Of a stretch of DNA of 36,299 nt, positions 8,119 to 17,524 are shown piece by piece (the stretch's first letter is position 1; every line of letters begins with the position of its first letter). Origin of the DNA: a virus. Lineage: Duplodnaviria; Caudoviricetes. The position numbers and the translations under genes were made by a program. The notes below the pieces were generated by a model. That model had not been told where the DNA came from, did not search any database, and saw only the letters and a list, made by a program, of their open reading frames with translations. Where the stretch lies: positions 1 through 36,299 of the IMG/VR virus record IMGVR_UViG_3300037634_000578; one strand, 5' to 3'.

Positions 8119-9226
8119 GTGGCAGCATAGAGATGAAGGTAAAAAGATTAGCAAGTCTGTGGTCTCTTCCAAAACTACGGAAGAGTTACTACAGTCTAAG
8201 AAATTTTTAAAAGGGCTCCTTGATTTAAGGAAGTCTGAGAAATTAGCTAAGACATATATCCAAGGGACTAAGAAAGCAATTGAGTATAATGAGAAAGATA
8301 AAGTTTTTGTAGACTTTAGATTTGATGGTACTACTACGGGCAGGCTTTCTTGCGCAGCATACACCGCTAAGAAAGCTATGGGGGTCTCTTTCCACACTCT
8401 CCCCAGAGACACAGAGACCAACATCAGAAGCATTTTCAAAGCTCCGAAGGGACAAGCATTCATTACTATTGATTATGCCGCTATGGAGCTTCGTGTGCTG
8501 TCTCACATAGCTAGGGAGGGGAATATGCAGACCGCATTCAATCAGGGCGCAGATCTCCACACTTACACGGCTCAACTGCTGTTCAATAAGAAAAAAGTAA
8601 CTAAACAAGAACGCCAGATAGCCAAAACGGTATCCTTTCTTATCGTATACGGAGGAGGACCTTTCAATCTCAGTGAGACAATGGGCATTCCTATGAAACG
8701 AGCGGAAGCTATAATAGATAATTATAAAAATGTGTATCCTGGAATCTTTGAGTATATGGAATTTGTTAATGAATATATTAAGCGTAATGGGTATGCTTAT
8801 ACTATATTTGGGAGGCGCAGGAATTTGCCTGATGTTTATTCCCGTGATAGATCAGTGGTTAATCGCGCTCTTCGACAAGGACTTAACTTTACAATCCAGA
8901 GTACAGCGTCTGATATTTTACTCACTTCTCTTTTGGGTATTGCTAAAGCTTTTACTTTGCGCGGCCTTACGGCTCGCCCAGTAGCAACTGTTCATGATAG
9001 TGTAGAAATAATTTGTGAGCAAGAAGAAATTTCTGAGGTACTAAAGATAGTCTATAATGAGATGGTAAACTACCCCTCAATTAGATCAATTTTTAATATC
9101 CATTTTGATGTACCATTAAAAATTGATGCTGAAGTAGGAAGATCTTTTGGGGACGGAGTTTCCGTAGAGTTTAATGCTGCAGGAGAGGCGTTAAATATGG
9201 ACGAAATCTCTACATATTTCAGATGA
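8111..9226 (+). CDS. polA: Split family A DNA polymerase, part 3: palm/fingers catalytic core
   Basis: KLAKTYI, GTTTGRLS, motif A IDYAAMELR, DLH, motif B RQIAKTVSFLIVYG, FGRRR, NFTIQSTASD, motif C VHDS. GTG start with GAGGAG upstream. Confidence 0.95.
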   Translation: MSKWQHRDEGKKISKSVVSSKTTEELLQSKKFLKGLLDLRKSEKLAKTYIQGTKKAIEYNEKDKVFVDFRFDGTTTGRLSCAAYTAKKAMGVSFHTLPRDTETNIRSIFKAPKGQAFITIDYAAMELRVLSHIAREGNMQTAFNQGADLHTYTAQLLFNKKKVTKQERQIAKTVSFLIVYGGGPFNLSETMGIPMKRAEAIIDNYKNVYPGIFEYMEFVNEYIKRNGYAYTIFGRRRNLPDVYSRDRSVVNRALRQGLNFTIQSTASDILLTSLLGIAKAFTLRGLTARPVATVHDSVEIICEQEEISEVLKIVYNEMVNYPSIRSIFNIHFDVPLKIDAEVGRSFGDGVSVEFNAAGEALNMDEISTYFR

Positions 9227-9477
9227 ATATAAAAGAAAAATTAAAATATATATACTACACTTTAAGATACCTTAAGCTTTCTCAAGTCAGACAATTTTTT
9301 TACTCCCTTTATAGGTGGGTCAGAAGTGGTTTTAAAGTTTCAAAAGTTGCAGAAGAAAGGTTGGATATTTGTAAGGAATGTCCTCACTATAAAGAAGACA
9401 GGTGTTCTTTGTGTGGATGTCATACTCCCACAAAGACAAGATGGTTCACAGAAGAGTGTCCTATAGAAAAATGGTAG
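9223..9477 (+). CDS. Small cysteine-rich (metal-binding) phage protein
   Basis: ERLDICKECP...RCSLCGC...K......CPIEKW pattern. ATGA overlap with the upstream gene. Confidence 0.75.
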   Translation: MNIKEKLKYIYYTLRYLKLSQVRQFFYSLYRWVRSGFKVSKVAEERLDICKECPHYKEDRCSLCGCHTPTKTRWFTEECPIEKW

Positions 9478-9478
9478 T

Positions 9479-10483
9479 ATGAAAACATTAGTAATCGGAG
9501 ATCTCCACTTCGACAACAAACCTCATGGACTTCTTCATGCCCAACAGGAGAGTATTAAATTCCTGATTGCTGAGCACTCCGACGTAGATGATGTAATCTT
9601 TTTGGGGGATCTGATGATGCATAGGAAGCCTTACCCTCGCGTCCTCCTTGCATTAAAAGAGGTTATTGATTTCGCAGTGGCTCAAGGGAAGAGGGTTACT
9701 ATAATAAGAGGGAATCATGATAGCGAAAATAAGTCTGACGATGGCGTTACTGCCCTCAGTCTTTTAGAAGGCAAGTCTGTGGATGTAGTAACTCATACAT
9801 GGTATGATTACAAAACGAAGAGAGCATTTATTCCTCACTATGAAGACGAATCTAAAATTAAAGAAGCCCTGGTTAACACTCCTAAAGGGTATACTGTATT
9901 CGGTCACTTCGGTTATTGCGGTTCCCTTAATTCTGCTGGGGATGCTGATTTCAGTCTTTCTCTTGATGATTTTAACAACCCTACTTTTCTTGGGCATATT
10001 CACAGATTCGGCAGCAGTGGCTTTGTCACGCTATTAGGGACTCCTTACTCCACTAATTTCACGGAGCATTTGAAGGAGAATTATTATGCTATCCTTGAGG
10101 ATGGAGAGGTAACATTAAAGTCTGTGGATTGGGGGCCTCGTCATATTGTAATTAATTGTGATACGATTGAAGAAAATTTAGAGTGGATTAATGACGATTC
10201 ATACTTCACATTGTTAAGAATTATGGTTAATACTATCCACGAAGATCAAAGTAGTTTGTCTGATCTTACAGACAAACTAAAAGTAGGTTATACGGAAATA
10301 AAATACAAGCCGCTCTTAGATGATAAACTCCCAATGAGCAGCTTGGATCCTGATAATCCTGTTATGGAAATTAGTGAGCATCTTATAGAGGAGTACATTA
10401 ATGCGAGCCCTACTATGTTAGGGAAGGATAAACTTTACGAAGGGCTGCAATTTATTTATGAAAATCAACAAGGTAGAGATTAA
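9479..10483 (+). CDS. Recombination nuclease subunit (T4 gp47 / Mre11 / SbcD-like metallophosphoesterase)
   Basis: IGDLH, FLGD, GNHD, GH and GHIH motifs. Adjacent to a Rad50-like gene. Confidence 0.93.
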   Translation: MKTLVIGDLHFDNKPHGLLHAQQESIKFLIAEHSDVDDVIFLGDLMMHRKPYPRVLLALKEVIDFAVAQGKRVTIIRGNHDSENKSDDGVTALSLLEGKSVDVVTHTWYDYKTKRAFIPHYEDESKIKEALVNTPKGYTVFGHFGYCGSLNSAGDADFSLSLDDFNNPTFLGHIHRFGSSGFVTLLGTPYSTNFTEHLKENYYAILEDGEVTLKSVDWGPRHIVINCDTIEENLEWINDDSYFTLLRIMVNTIHEDQSSLSDLTDKLKVGYTEIKYKPLLDDKLPMSSLDPDNPVMEISEHLIEEYINASPTMLGKDKLYEGLQFIYENQQGRD

Positions 10484-12041
10484 GAATTTTTATTCTGTTA
10501 AAAATATTGTTTTAAATTTTGATAAGTTTAAAGGAGTTATTCTTGTAGAAGGGAAGAATAAAGATACGGGTGGCTCGAATGGCTCAGGAAAGAGCGTCCT
10601 AATTGAAGCAGTTGTGTGGGGTATCTTTGGTCGCACTATACGGAAGTCCACAGAAGAAGCTCTAGTGAATTCGCAAAACAAGAGGGAGTGTGTGGTGAGG
10701 ATAACCGTTAATAATGATATGGTTATTGAGCGAGGAAAGAAGCCTACACATTTAAGGTTTATTGTAGGGGGAGAGGATAGGAGCCAAGCGAACGCACTAG
10801 AGACACAGAAACTTATTGATGAGACCCTTAATACTAATTACAAGGTGTTCTTAGCGTCCACTGTATTTGGACAGCAGAACACTATGGGATTCGTCAACGC
10901 TACGCCTGATGACAAAAGAACGATCATAAAGAATTTTCTAAATCTTGATGATCTTTTTGCTCTTAGAGAATCTGTTAAATATTTAAAGTCTCAGTACTCT
11001 CAGACCATTAAGAAGCAGAACGCTATTGTCGCAGAGCATGAGATCAGTATCGCTTCCTTCGATAAAAAATTAAAAGATCTCTCTAAATTAAGAGAAGAGG
11101 TAGAGGGTAAGTATGACGAGGCTGCGCTTTCTATGTCTCTTCAAGAGGTAATCAGCCTAGAGACAAGTAACAAATCTAACCGAGACAACATAGCGGCTGC
11201 AAAAAAGAAGATACATAATTCTACTGTTGATGTTGAGACGCTACGAATCAAACTAAAAAACCCCAAGAAATTAGACTACTGCACAGAATGCGGCCAACCT
11301 GTAGAGAAGAGAGCCTCCCCCGAGCAACTCGAAAGGGATTTAGATTACGCAAAGCAGATTGTGGCAGAGCAAGAAGAGGAGATCACCAGCAGCGAGGCTC
11401 AGATCACGCCTCTTCCTATCAGTTCCTCAGAGTATCACAAGGTTATTGATTACAACCAACTCAAGAAGGAGTCGGACACCTTTGAAGGGTTGAGAGAAGA
11501 AACCAAAGAAAAAATTCAGAGGGCTCATGATATAAAACAGGACTACAATAATAAGTACGAGATTATGAGGTTTTGGGAAAAGGCTTTTTCCGAAGCAGGA
11601 TTGGTCAAGTATATTATTAGAAATATTTTAAATTATCTGAATGGAAAAGTAAATTTTTACTTGTCGCATCTCTCTAAAGGAAAGTTCTTTATAGAATTTA
11701 ACGAAGAATTAAAAGAAACTATCACACACGCAGGACGAGAAGTGCATTATATATCTTTGTCAGGAGGAGAGAAGCGAAAGATTGATTTAGCTGTGCTATT
11801 AGGCTTGCAAAAACTGTTAGCCCTCTCATCAAAAGACGAAAGCAACTTAATGTTCTTTGATGAGATTGCTGAGAATTTGGATCAAGACGGGTTAGACGGG
11901 CTCTATATATTATTGTCTGAATTAAAGAAAGAGAAGACTTTGTTTGTTATTACACATAATAATTATCTTAAATCTTTAATGGATAATGTTAAGACGCTGA
12001 CTATAACAAAGAGCAAAGGTACATCAACACTAGGTAAATAA
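10458..12041 (+). CDS. Recombination ATPase subunit (T4 gp46 / Rad50 / SbcC-like)
   Basis: Walker A NGSGKS, coiled coil with CTEC zinc hook, signature LSGGE, Walker B FFDE, H-loop ITH. Confidence 0.95.
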   Translation: MKINKVEIKNFYSVKNIVLNFDKFKGVILVEGKNKDTGGSNGSGKSVLIEAVVWGIFGRTIRKSTEEALVNSQNKRECVVRITVNNDMVIERGKKPTHLRFIVGGEDRSQANALETQKLIDETLNTNYKVFLASTVFGQQNTMGFVNATPDDKRTIIKNFLNLDDLFALRESVKYLKSQYSQTIKKQNAIVAEHEISIASFDKKLKDLSKLREEVEGKYDEAALSMSLQEVISLETSNKSNRDNIAAAKKKIHNSTVDVETLRIKLKNPKKLDYCTECGQPVEKRASPEQLERDLDYAKQIVAEQEEEITSSEAQITPLPISSSEYHKVIDYNQLKKESDTFEGLREETKEKIQRAHDIKQDYNNKYEIMRFWEKAFSEAGLVKYIIRNILNYLNGKVNFYLSHLSKGKFFIEFNEELKETITHAGREVHYISLSGGEKRKIDLAVLLGLQKLLALSSKDESNLMFFDEIAENLDQDGLDGLYILLSELKKEKTLFVITHNNYLKSLMDNVKTLTITKSKGTSTLGK

Positions 12042-13940
12042 ATGGCAAACACACAACTAAACGAACTCGGACAAGAGATCTTTGAATCACGGTATGCCTA
12101 TCCAGGCGAGACAAAATATGCAGAAAGAGCCAAAGTTGTGGCGCGAACAGTCGCCTCCGCAGAACGAGATGAAGATAAAGAACGAGTCGAAAAATCCTTT
12201 TATGAAGCTATTGGGTCTGGGGACTTTATTCCGGGTGGTAGAATCCTCTATGGTGCTGGTCGCAACCGTGGGAATCATAATTTGCTTAATTGCTATGTTA
12301 TTATTCCAGAAGACAGTGTGGACTCCATTGGAAAAACTGTACAGGATATGTATAAAATCTCCTGTGCAGGTGGAGGAGTAGGGTTTAATGTTTCTAAGAT
12401 TCGTCCCCGTGGGGACCACATTGGGAGCGTAAAGAATTCAGCCCCAGGTGCAGTCTCTGTACTGCAAATGATTAATGAAGTAGGTGAACATGTACGAGCA
12501 GGAAAAAATCGTAGAACGGCTCTTATGGGTATACTTAATATCACTCACCCTGATCTTCTTGAGTTCCTATCTGTCAAACTAGATCAAGGGCAGCTAAATA
12601 ACTTCAACATTTCGGTAGCGATTACGGACAGGTTCCTTGAGGCTGTTGAATTGGAGGAAGATTGGTATTTCACTTTTAATAATAAGGAGTACCATTCCTA
12701 CGAAATGCTTCGCAACAATGATGATGTTACTTATGTCATTGGCCTAGATGAGGAGGATGCTCTTGCTCGCGCTGAGAATTTTTATAAAAAAGATTGGAAA
12801 GATACGTTTGTTTGTCTTGGTCGTAAGGATATTAAAGCCAGGGACTTATGGGATATGATCTGGAAAAACTCGGTAGAATCTGGAGATCCTGGTATCTTTA
12901 ATATAGATTTGGCGAATAAATATACTAATGTTTCTTACTTTGAAAGATTAGATGCCACAAATCCATGTGGAGAAATCTCTCTTCCTTCCTACGGTAACTG
13001 TTGCCTAGGTAACATAAACCTAAGCAACATGGTCCTAGAGGATGGTAGCAACGTGGATTGGAAAAGATTAGCCAAGACTGTACGAACAGGAATTAGGTTT
13101 CTTGACAATGTGCTAACTGTTAACAAGTTCCCTACGGATACTTGCAGGCGAGTGGGAGAGAGGTCAAGGCGAGTTGGATTAGGTGTAACAGGTCTACATT
13201 ATATGCTTATTAAATTAGGGATTAAGTACGGTGGCGAAAAGTGCCTAGAGTTTTTAGACCGACTCTTTGCTACCATACGAGATGAGGCTTATAAACAGTC
13301 TATCTATCTCGCACGGGATAAGAAGCCCTTCCCTGAGTTCGACTACAAAAAATATTTAAATGAAGATTTCGCAAGAACTTTACCCGCCAGAATACGAATG
13401 CTCGTTAAGCGTCACGGAATTAGAAATGCTGTCATGCTCACCATCCCTCCTTGCGGAACAATTTCTATGCTGCACGGTATATCCAGCGGGATTGAGCCTA
13501 TCTTTGCAGCCATGTATAACCGAAGATACCGTAACAATAACATTTGGAAGGAGCAGTTAATTGTCGATCCGTTATTCCAAGAGTATTACGACAAAGGAAA
13601 AGCATTGGATCCGTTTGTCGGAGCCTATGACGTTCCCCCCTCCGATCACATTAAAGTACAGGCGACGATTCAGAAGTACATCGACTCCTGCATTTCAAAA
13701 ACAATTAACCTCCCATCCAATGCTACGCCTGAAAGCTTTTCTCAAGCAGCGTTGGATTATGCTCCGTACCTCAAAGGTCTTACTGTATACCGTGCAGGTT
13801 CTAAGGGTAATGAGCCTTTAGAAGCTATTACCCTTACGGAAGAGAATATAGCTAAATATATGGAGGATGGGAAAAGCAAAATACAAGAGGTTCAAGCAGG
13901 AGACGTTTGTTCCTTAGCAGGAGGAGATTGCGGTGGGTAA
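12042..13940 (+). CDS. nrdJ: Class II (adenosylcobalamin-dependent) ribonucleotide reductase
   Basis: FIPGGRIL, NCY, GGGVG, TNPCGEI, CCLG.INL, PCGTIS, SKTIN. Has KGLTVYR without the class I YY pair. No nrdB nearby. Confidence 0.88.
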   Translation: MANTQLNELGQEIFESRYAYPGETKYAERAKVVARTVASAERDEDKERVEKSFYEAIGSGDFIPGGRILYGAGRNRGNHNLLNCYVIIPEDSVDSIGKTVQDMYKISCAGGGVGFNVSKIRPRGDHIGSVKNSAPGAVSVLQMINEVGEHVRAGKNRRTALMGILNITHPDLLEFLSVKLDQGQLNNFNISVAITDRFLEAVELEEDWYFTFNNKEYHSYEMLRNNDDVTYVIGLDEEDALARAENFYKKDWKDTFVCLGRKDIKARDLWDMIWKNSVESGDPGIFNIDLANKYTNVSYFERLDATNPCGEISLPSYGNCCLGNINLSNMVLEDGSNVDWKRLAKTVRTGIRFLDNVLTVNKFPTDTCRRVGERSRRVGLGVTGLHYMLIKLGIKYGGEKCLEFLDRLFATIRDEAYKQSIYLARDKKPFPEFDYKKYLNEDFARTLPARIRMLVKRHGIRNAVMLTIPPCGTISMLHGISSGIEPIFAAMYNRRYRNNNIWKEQLIVDPLFQEYYDKGKALDPFVGAYDVPPSDHIKVQATIQKYIDSCISKTINLPSNATPESFSQAALDYAPYLKGLTVYRAGSKGNEPLEAITLTEENIAKYMEDGKSKIQEVQAGDVCSLAGGDCGG

Positions 13941-14076
13941 TCAATTTAATTCTGGAGGGAGACCCCCGTTTAAAAGAAGGAATGACCAAGTAACCCGAGA
14001 AACTATCGCACTGGCTATATTATACGCCTGTTTGTTTTCCTGCGCGATATATGGGTTACTTGAATGGAGAGGATAA
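13933..14076 (+). CDS. Small single-pass membrane protein (47 aa), not in the ORF track
   Basis: GGAGGAG lies 6 nt before GTG 13933. Translates to MGNQFNSGGRPPFKRRNDQVTRETIALAILYACLFSCAIYGLLEWRG* and fills the nrdJ-14080 gap. Confidence 0.6.
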   Translation: MGNQFNSGGRPPFKRRNDQVTRETIALAILYACLFSCAIYGLLEWRG

Positions 14077-14079
14077 GAA

Positions 14080-14580
14080 ATGCCAAGATTTGAATACGCC
14101 TGTAAAGAATGTAATGTTTCGTGGGAAATAGAAGAAGCCGTAGGGCACGCCCCTAAGACTAACGATTGCCCCCTCTGTGAGGAGGATTGTAGTAGGTATT
14201 TCGGAAATCAGATCCCCGCTATATCTTTTGGGGATAATGGGTGTGGGAACTACGGCAAAACGAAAGGAGCCAGGGATTTCCACACCGTCAGACAGCGGTA
14301 CAAGAAGTTTGAAGAGAAGGGATACGATAAAACCTCAGCCGACAAATTTCTTAGGAGATCAATCAAAGAGACTGGTGAAAGAATTTTAGATGACCGACAC
14401 TACAAGGCTATGAACTTTAATTATGATGCTTTAGCCAGGGACGGTCTTGTAAAGAAATTGACAGACAAAGAGAGCGCAGAAAAAGTAAAGAGGTGCGACA
14501 AATTGACCCAAGATGCCTATAATAAAGCAAACAAACAGGGCTACGACCTAGACATTACCAAGAACCCCAAGCAAGGTTAA
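14080..14580 (+). CDS. FmdB-like zinc-ribbon protein
   Basis: N-terminal MPRFEYACKEC...CPLC. RBS GAGGA upstream. Confidence 0.8.
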   Translation: MPRFEYACKECNVSWEIEEAVGHAPKTNDCPLCEEDCSRYFGNQIPAISFGDNGCGNYGKTKGARDFHTVRQRYKKFEEKGYDKTSADKFLRRSIKETGERILDDRHYKAMNFNYDALARDGLVKKLTDKESAEKVKRCDKLTQDAYNKANKQGYDLDITKNPKQG

Positions 14581-14586
14581 TATACC

Positions 14587-15894
14587 ATGGCATACGACTT
14601 CAGTGAGAATATCCAACGAGGTATTCTTTACTTTCTTAAGTCCAATAAAGATTTTTACCTCCAGATCGTTAACCTAGTTAACCCTGATTACTTTGAATTT
14701 CCTAGTCATCAGAAGATTTTTTCGGTAGTTAAGGAGCATTACGATAAGTATCACAAACTCCCTACTGATGATTTCATCCTACAGGATGTAAAAGGTAAGC
14801 TTACAGCACGAGAGAACGTCTCTGATTATCAGGATGAGTTAGCTTACATCAACAACCTCGATACTTCTACGGTTAGCAACCAAGATTATATGCTAGACCT
14901 AGTAGAAGGTTTTGCGAAGAAGGAGGCGATGAAGTCTGCAATCTCCAAAAGCATCAGCTTGATTCAAGAGGATCGCGTTGAGGAGGTTGAGGAGTTAGTA
15001 AAGAAGGCTCTTCTGATTAATAGAGATGTTGATACAGGACAAGAGTACTTTTCTGATTTTACTGACCGATGGGATAGAGTATTCAATAAGAAGACAGAGG
15101 AGAAGTATCGAACTTTTCTGCCCTCTATCAACCAGTCCTTAGAGGGAGGATTGGGGTCTAAAGAGATGGCTATGGTGGTAGCTCCTCCAGGGGTAGGAAA
15201 GTCTCTCTTTTTAGTTAATCAGGGAGTTCACTCCATGATGGAGGGACGTAAGGTTCTTTACGTTTCCTTAGAAATGAGTGAGGATAAGATCGCTCAGAGA
15301 TTCGACTCTGTAATGACTCTCATTCCTCAAGGAAAGTTAAAGGACTCGGCTGCTCACCTAAGCGTGAAAGAACGCCTAACGATTTTCCAAAAGCAATTCC
15401 CTGGAAGTGAGTTAGTTATCAAGGAGTTCCCCACAAGCCAAGCTTCAATTAATACGGTGCGGAATCTTTTAGTGCAACTCCAGAACTACGATGAGTTTGT
15501 TCCTGATCTTGTAATTGTAGATTATTTAGAGCTTATGCGTCCTACCCGAGACATACAGCAAGAGTACCATGCACAGCAAAAGATCGCAGAAGAGCTACGT
15601 GGAATAGCTATGGAGTATAACCTCCTTATCTGGACCGCTACACAAACCAACCGTCAAGGAAGGATGGTGAAGATTATTACAGACGCCGAGCTTGGGGATT
15701 CTTATGGCAAAATTCGTACTTGTGATTTTGCCTTATCTTTAAATCAAACTGAGGAGGAGTTTGATAATGGCTCGATGCGAGGGTATGTGATTAAGTCTAG
15801 AAATGGTCGCCCCAGATTCATCGTCCCTATGGAGATTGATTACTCGGTTCTTCGTATGACCGAAGGAGAAGCTCCGCTTAATTCGGTGGAGTAG
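14587..15894 (+). CDS. Replicative DNA helicase (T4 gp41 / DnaB-like SF4)
   Basis: Walker A APPGVGKS, YVSLEMSE, IKEFP, Walker B IVDYL, TATQTNR, KSRNG. Confidence 0.95.
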   Translation: MAYDFSENIQRGILYFLKSNKDFYLQIVNLVNPDYFEFPSHQKIFSVVKEHYDKYHKLPTDDFILQDVKGKLTARENVSDYQDELAYINNLDTSTVSNQDYMLDLVEGFAKKEAMKSAISKSISLIQEDRVEEVEELVKKALLINRDVDTGQEYFSDFTDRWDRVFNKKTEEKYRTFLPSINQSLEGGLGSKEMAMVVAPPGVGKSLFLVNQGVHSMMEGRKVLYVSLEMSEDKIAQRFDSVMTLIPQGKLKDSAAHLSVKERLTIFQKQFPGSELVIKEFPTSQASINTVRNLLVQLQNYDEFVPDLVIVDYLELMRPTRDIQQEYHAQQKIAEELRGIAMEYNLLIWTATQTNRQGRMVKIITDAELGDSYGKIRTCDFALSLNQTEEEFDNGSMRGYVIKSRNGRPRFIVPMEIDYSVLRMTEGEAPLNSVE

Positions 15895-15904
15895 CTATAT
15901 ATTA
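15895..15904 (+). promoter_or_regulatory. Candidate late promoter CTATATATTA
   Basis: Identical 10-mer to the - strand motif at 7636-7627. Followed by RBS GAGGTG and ATG 15918. Confidence 0.45.
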
Positions 15905-15917
15905 AAAGAGGTGATGC

Positions 15918-16283
15918 ATGAAAGACTTAGCACTTATAGATATATTTCCCCGCTACCCTAGCAGGCCAACGAGAGTAGTAGTTCTTCAAAACGGCCACTG
16001 GACTTTTACAAACACAAACTTTAACAGTGGGATGCACCGAGACGATGGAGCTACGTATTTTTATTACTCCGTTCCTTTTGGAATTGTTTTAGGGACACAG
16101 CCCAATCCTAGAAGATTGTATAAGCGTGGAAATCCTGGAGATTATCTCGTATATAATCCAGGAGGCTTCTATGATATATTAGACAAAGAGGAGTACCTTG
16201 CACTTTTCCCTCACCTGAGAGCAGGCCAAGGGACGGGTACTCCAGTAGCAGGATTTACAGGCTCCACATCTATGGGTTATTAA
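15918..16283 (+). CDS. Hypothetical protein (PGDY-motif; Gly/Ser/Thr tail)
   Basis: 121 aa with RBS. Contains GNPGDYLV..G.FY....EEY, resembling PGDYG-type domains. Confidence 0.7.
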   Translation: MKDLALIDIFPRYPSRPTRVVVLQNGHWTFTNTNFNSGMHRDDGATYFYYSVPFGIVLGTQPNPRRLYKRGNPGDYLVYNPGGFYDILDKEEYLALFPHLRAGQGTGTPVAGFTGSTSMGY

Positions 16284-16286
16284 AAT

Positions 16287-16718
16287 ATGCATGAACTAAT
16301 TGAGTCCCTTGAAGACTTTACTTGGGAGAACTACAAAGATATCAGTGATGCTCTCGTTCAGTTCAACGAGTACGAAGTAGAAAATGAGATGTTTCGACAA
16401 GCATCCATTTACTCCTACTATTATGGATTGATGAGCATGGCTAAGAAGATGGTAGGAGAACGCAACGTCCAACTAACTCGATTCATGTCTAAGCTTCGCA
16501 AGGAGGCCAAGCGTGAGTCCCGTGTCAAGCTCACCGCAAAAGACTTAGATGATCGAGTTTTCACAAACGACCAGTACCTAGCAAGACAGACTGCTGTGGA
16601 TGACGCTGTCTTCAAATACGAACTCCTCAAGGGCCTCGTTCGGGCTCTTGAGCAGAAAAAAGATATGCTGCAACAGGTGTCAGCAAATAAACGAGAAGAA
16701 ACCAAATTATACAAGTGA
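16287..16718 (+). CDS. UvsY-like recombination mediator
   Basis: 143-aa helical protein with Q.S.YSYY...KLTAKDLD...Y...LK.L..ALEQK. Located between helicase and SSB. Confidence 0.7.
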   Translation: MHELIESLEDFTWENYKDISDALVQFNEYEVENEMFRQASIYSYYYGLMSMAKKMVGERNVQLTRFMSKLRKEAKRESRVKLTAKDLDDRVFTNDQYLARQTAVDDAVFKYELLKGLVRALEQKKDMLQQVSANKREETKLYK

Positions 16719-16758
16719 TATCACTATCATTAACTAACCACTAACTAAAGGAAAAACT

Positions 16759-17499
16759 ATGGCTATTGATCTCAATAAACTTCGTGCCAAGCACGAGCAA
16801 CTTAACAACCCCCAAGCGGGTAACTCAAACTCGGACTTCCTTAAGAAGTTCTATCAAATTCCCGAAGGGAGTAATGCTGTTCGGATTCTTCCTTGGAAGG
16901 ATGAGGATAGGGAATTCTATGCGGAGACTAAAATCCACCGTATCACTGGGCCTGATGGGAATGTGAAAAATCATCACTGCCGTAAGGTTCACGGGGAGCC
17001 CTGCCCCATTTGTGATGTGTATTTTGGCTTGTGGAAAACGGGCAGAAAAGAGGATGAAGATTTGGCCCGTCAAATCAAGCCTCGTGCTCGCTACTACATG
17101 AACGTTCTAGATCGTGACAGTGGTGATGTGAAGATCCTTTCGGTCGGAGTGATTCTTTTCAAGAAAATCGTTGGAGCTATGCTTGATGAAGATTTTGGAG
17201 ATATTACCGATCCTCAAGAGGGCCATGATTTTAAAATCGTTAAGGAGATGGATGGACAGTGGCCGAAGTACGACCAGTCCCAGCCTCGTCCCAAGGCATC
17301 TCCTTTGGGGTCTAACTCAGAAGTGGCAGAGATTATGGACAGTCTCCATGAGATCCACGATCTAGTTAAGTTGGAGGAATATGAGGCATTTAAGCAAGTA
17401 GCGGAAAGCCTCATTACCCCTACGCAGGGTGTATCACAGACCGTACCTGAGTCAGAGGAGGTTTCAGACGGCGATTACCTTAGTAAACTTCAAAGCTAA
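16759..17499 (+). CDS. Single-stranded DNA-binding protein (T4 gp32-like)
   Basis: AVRILP, H...C....GEPCPIC zinc site, YYMNVL, DITDP..GHDF, YDQS, acidic C-tail. Confidence 0.88.
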   Translation: MAIDLNKLRAKHEQLNNPQAGNSNSDFLKKFYQIPEGSNAVRILPWKDEDREFYAETKIHRITGPDGNVKNHHCRKVHGEPCPICDVYFGLWKTGRKEDEDLARQIKPRARYYMNVLDRDSGDVKILSVGVILFKKIVGAMLDEDFGDITDPQEGHDFKIVKEMDGQWPKYDQSQPRPKASPLGSNSEVAEIMDSLHEIHDLVKLEEYEAFKQVAESLITPTQGVSQTVPESEEVSDGDYLSKLQS

Positions 17500-17524
17500 G
17501 TTCTTACATAGTCCTTCTATAATA

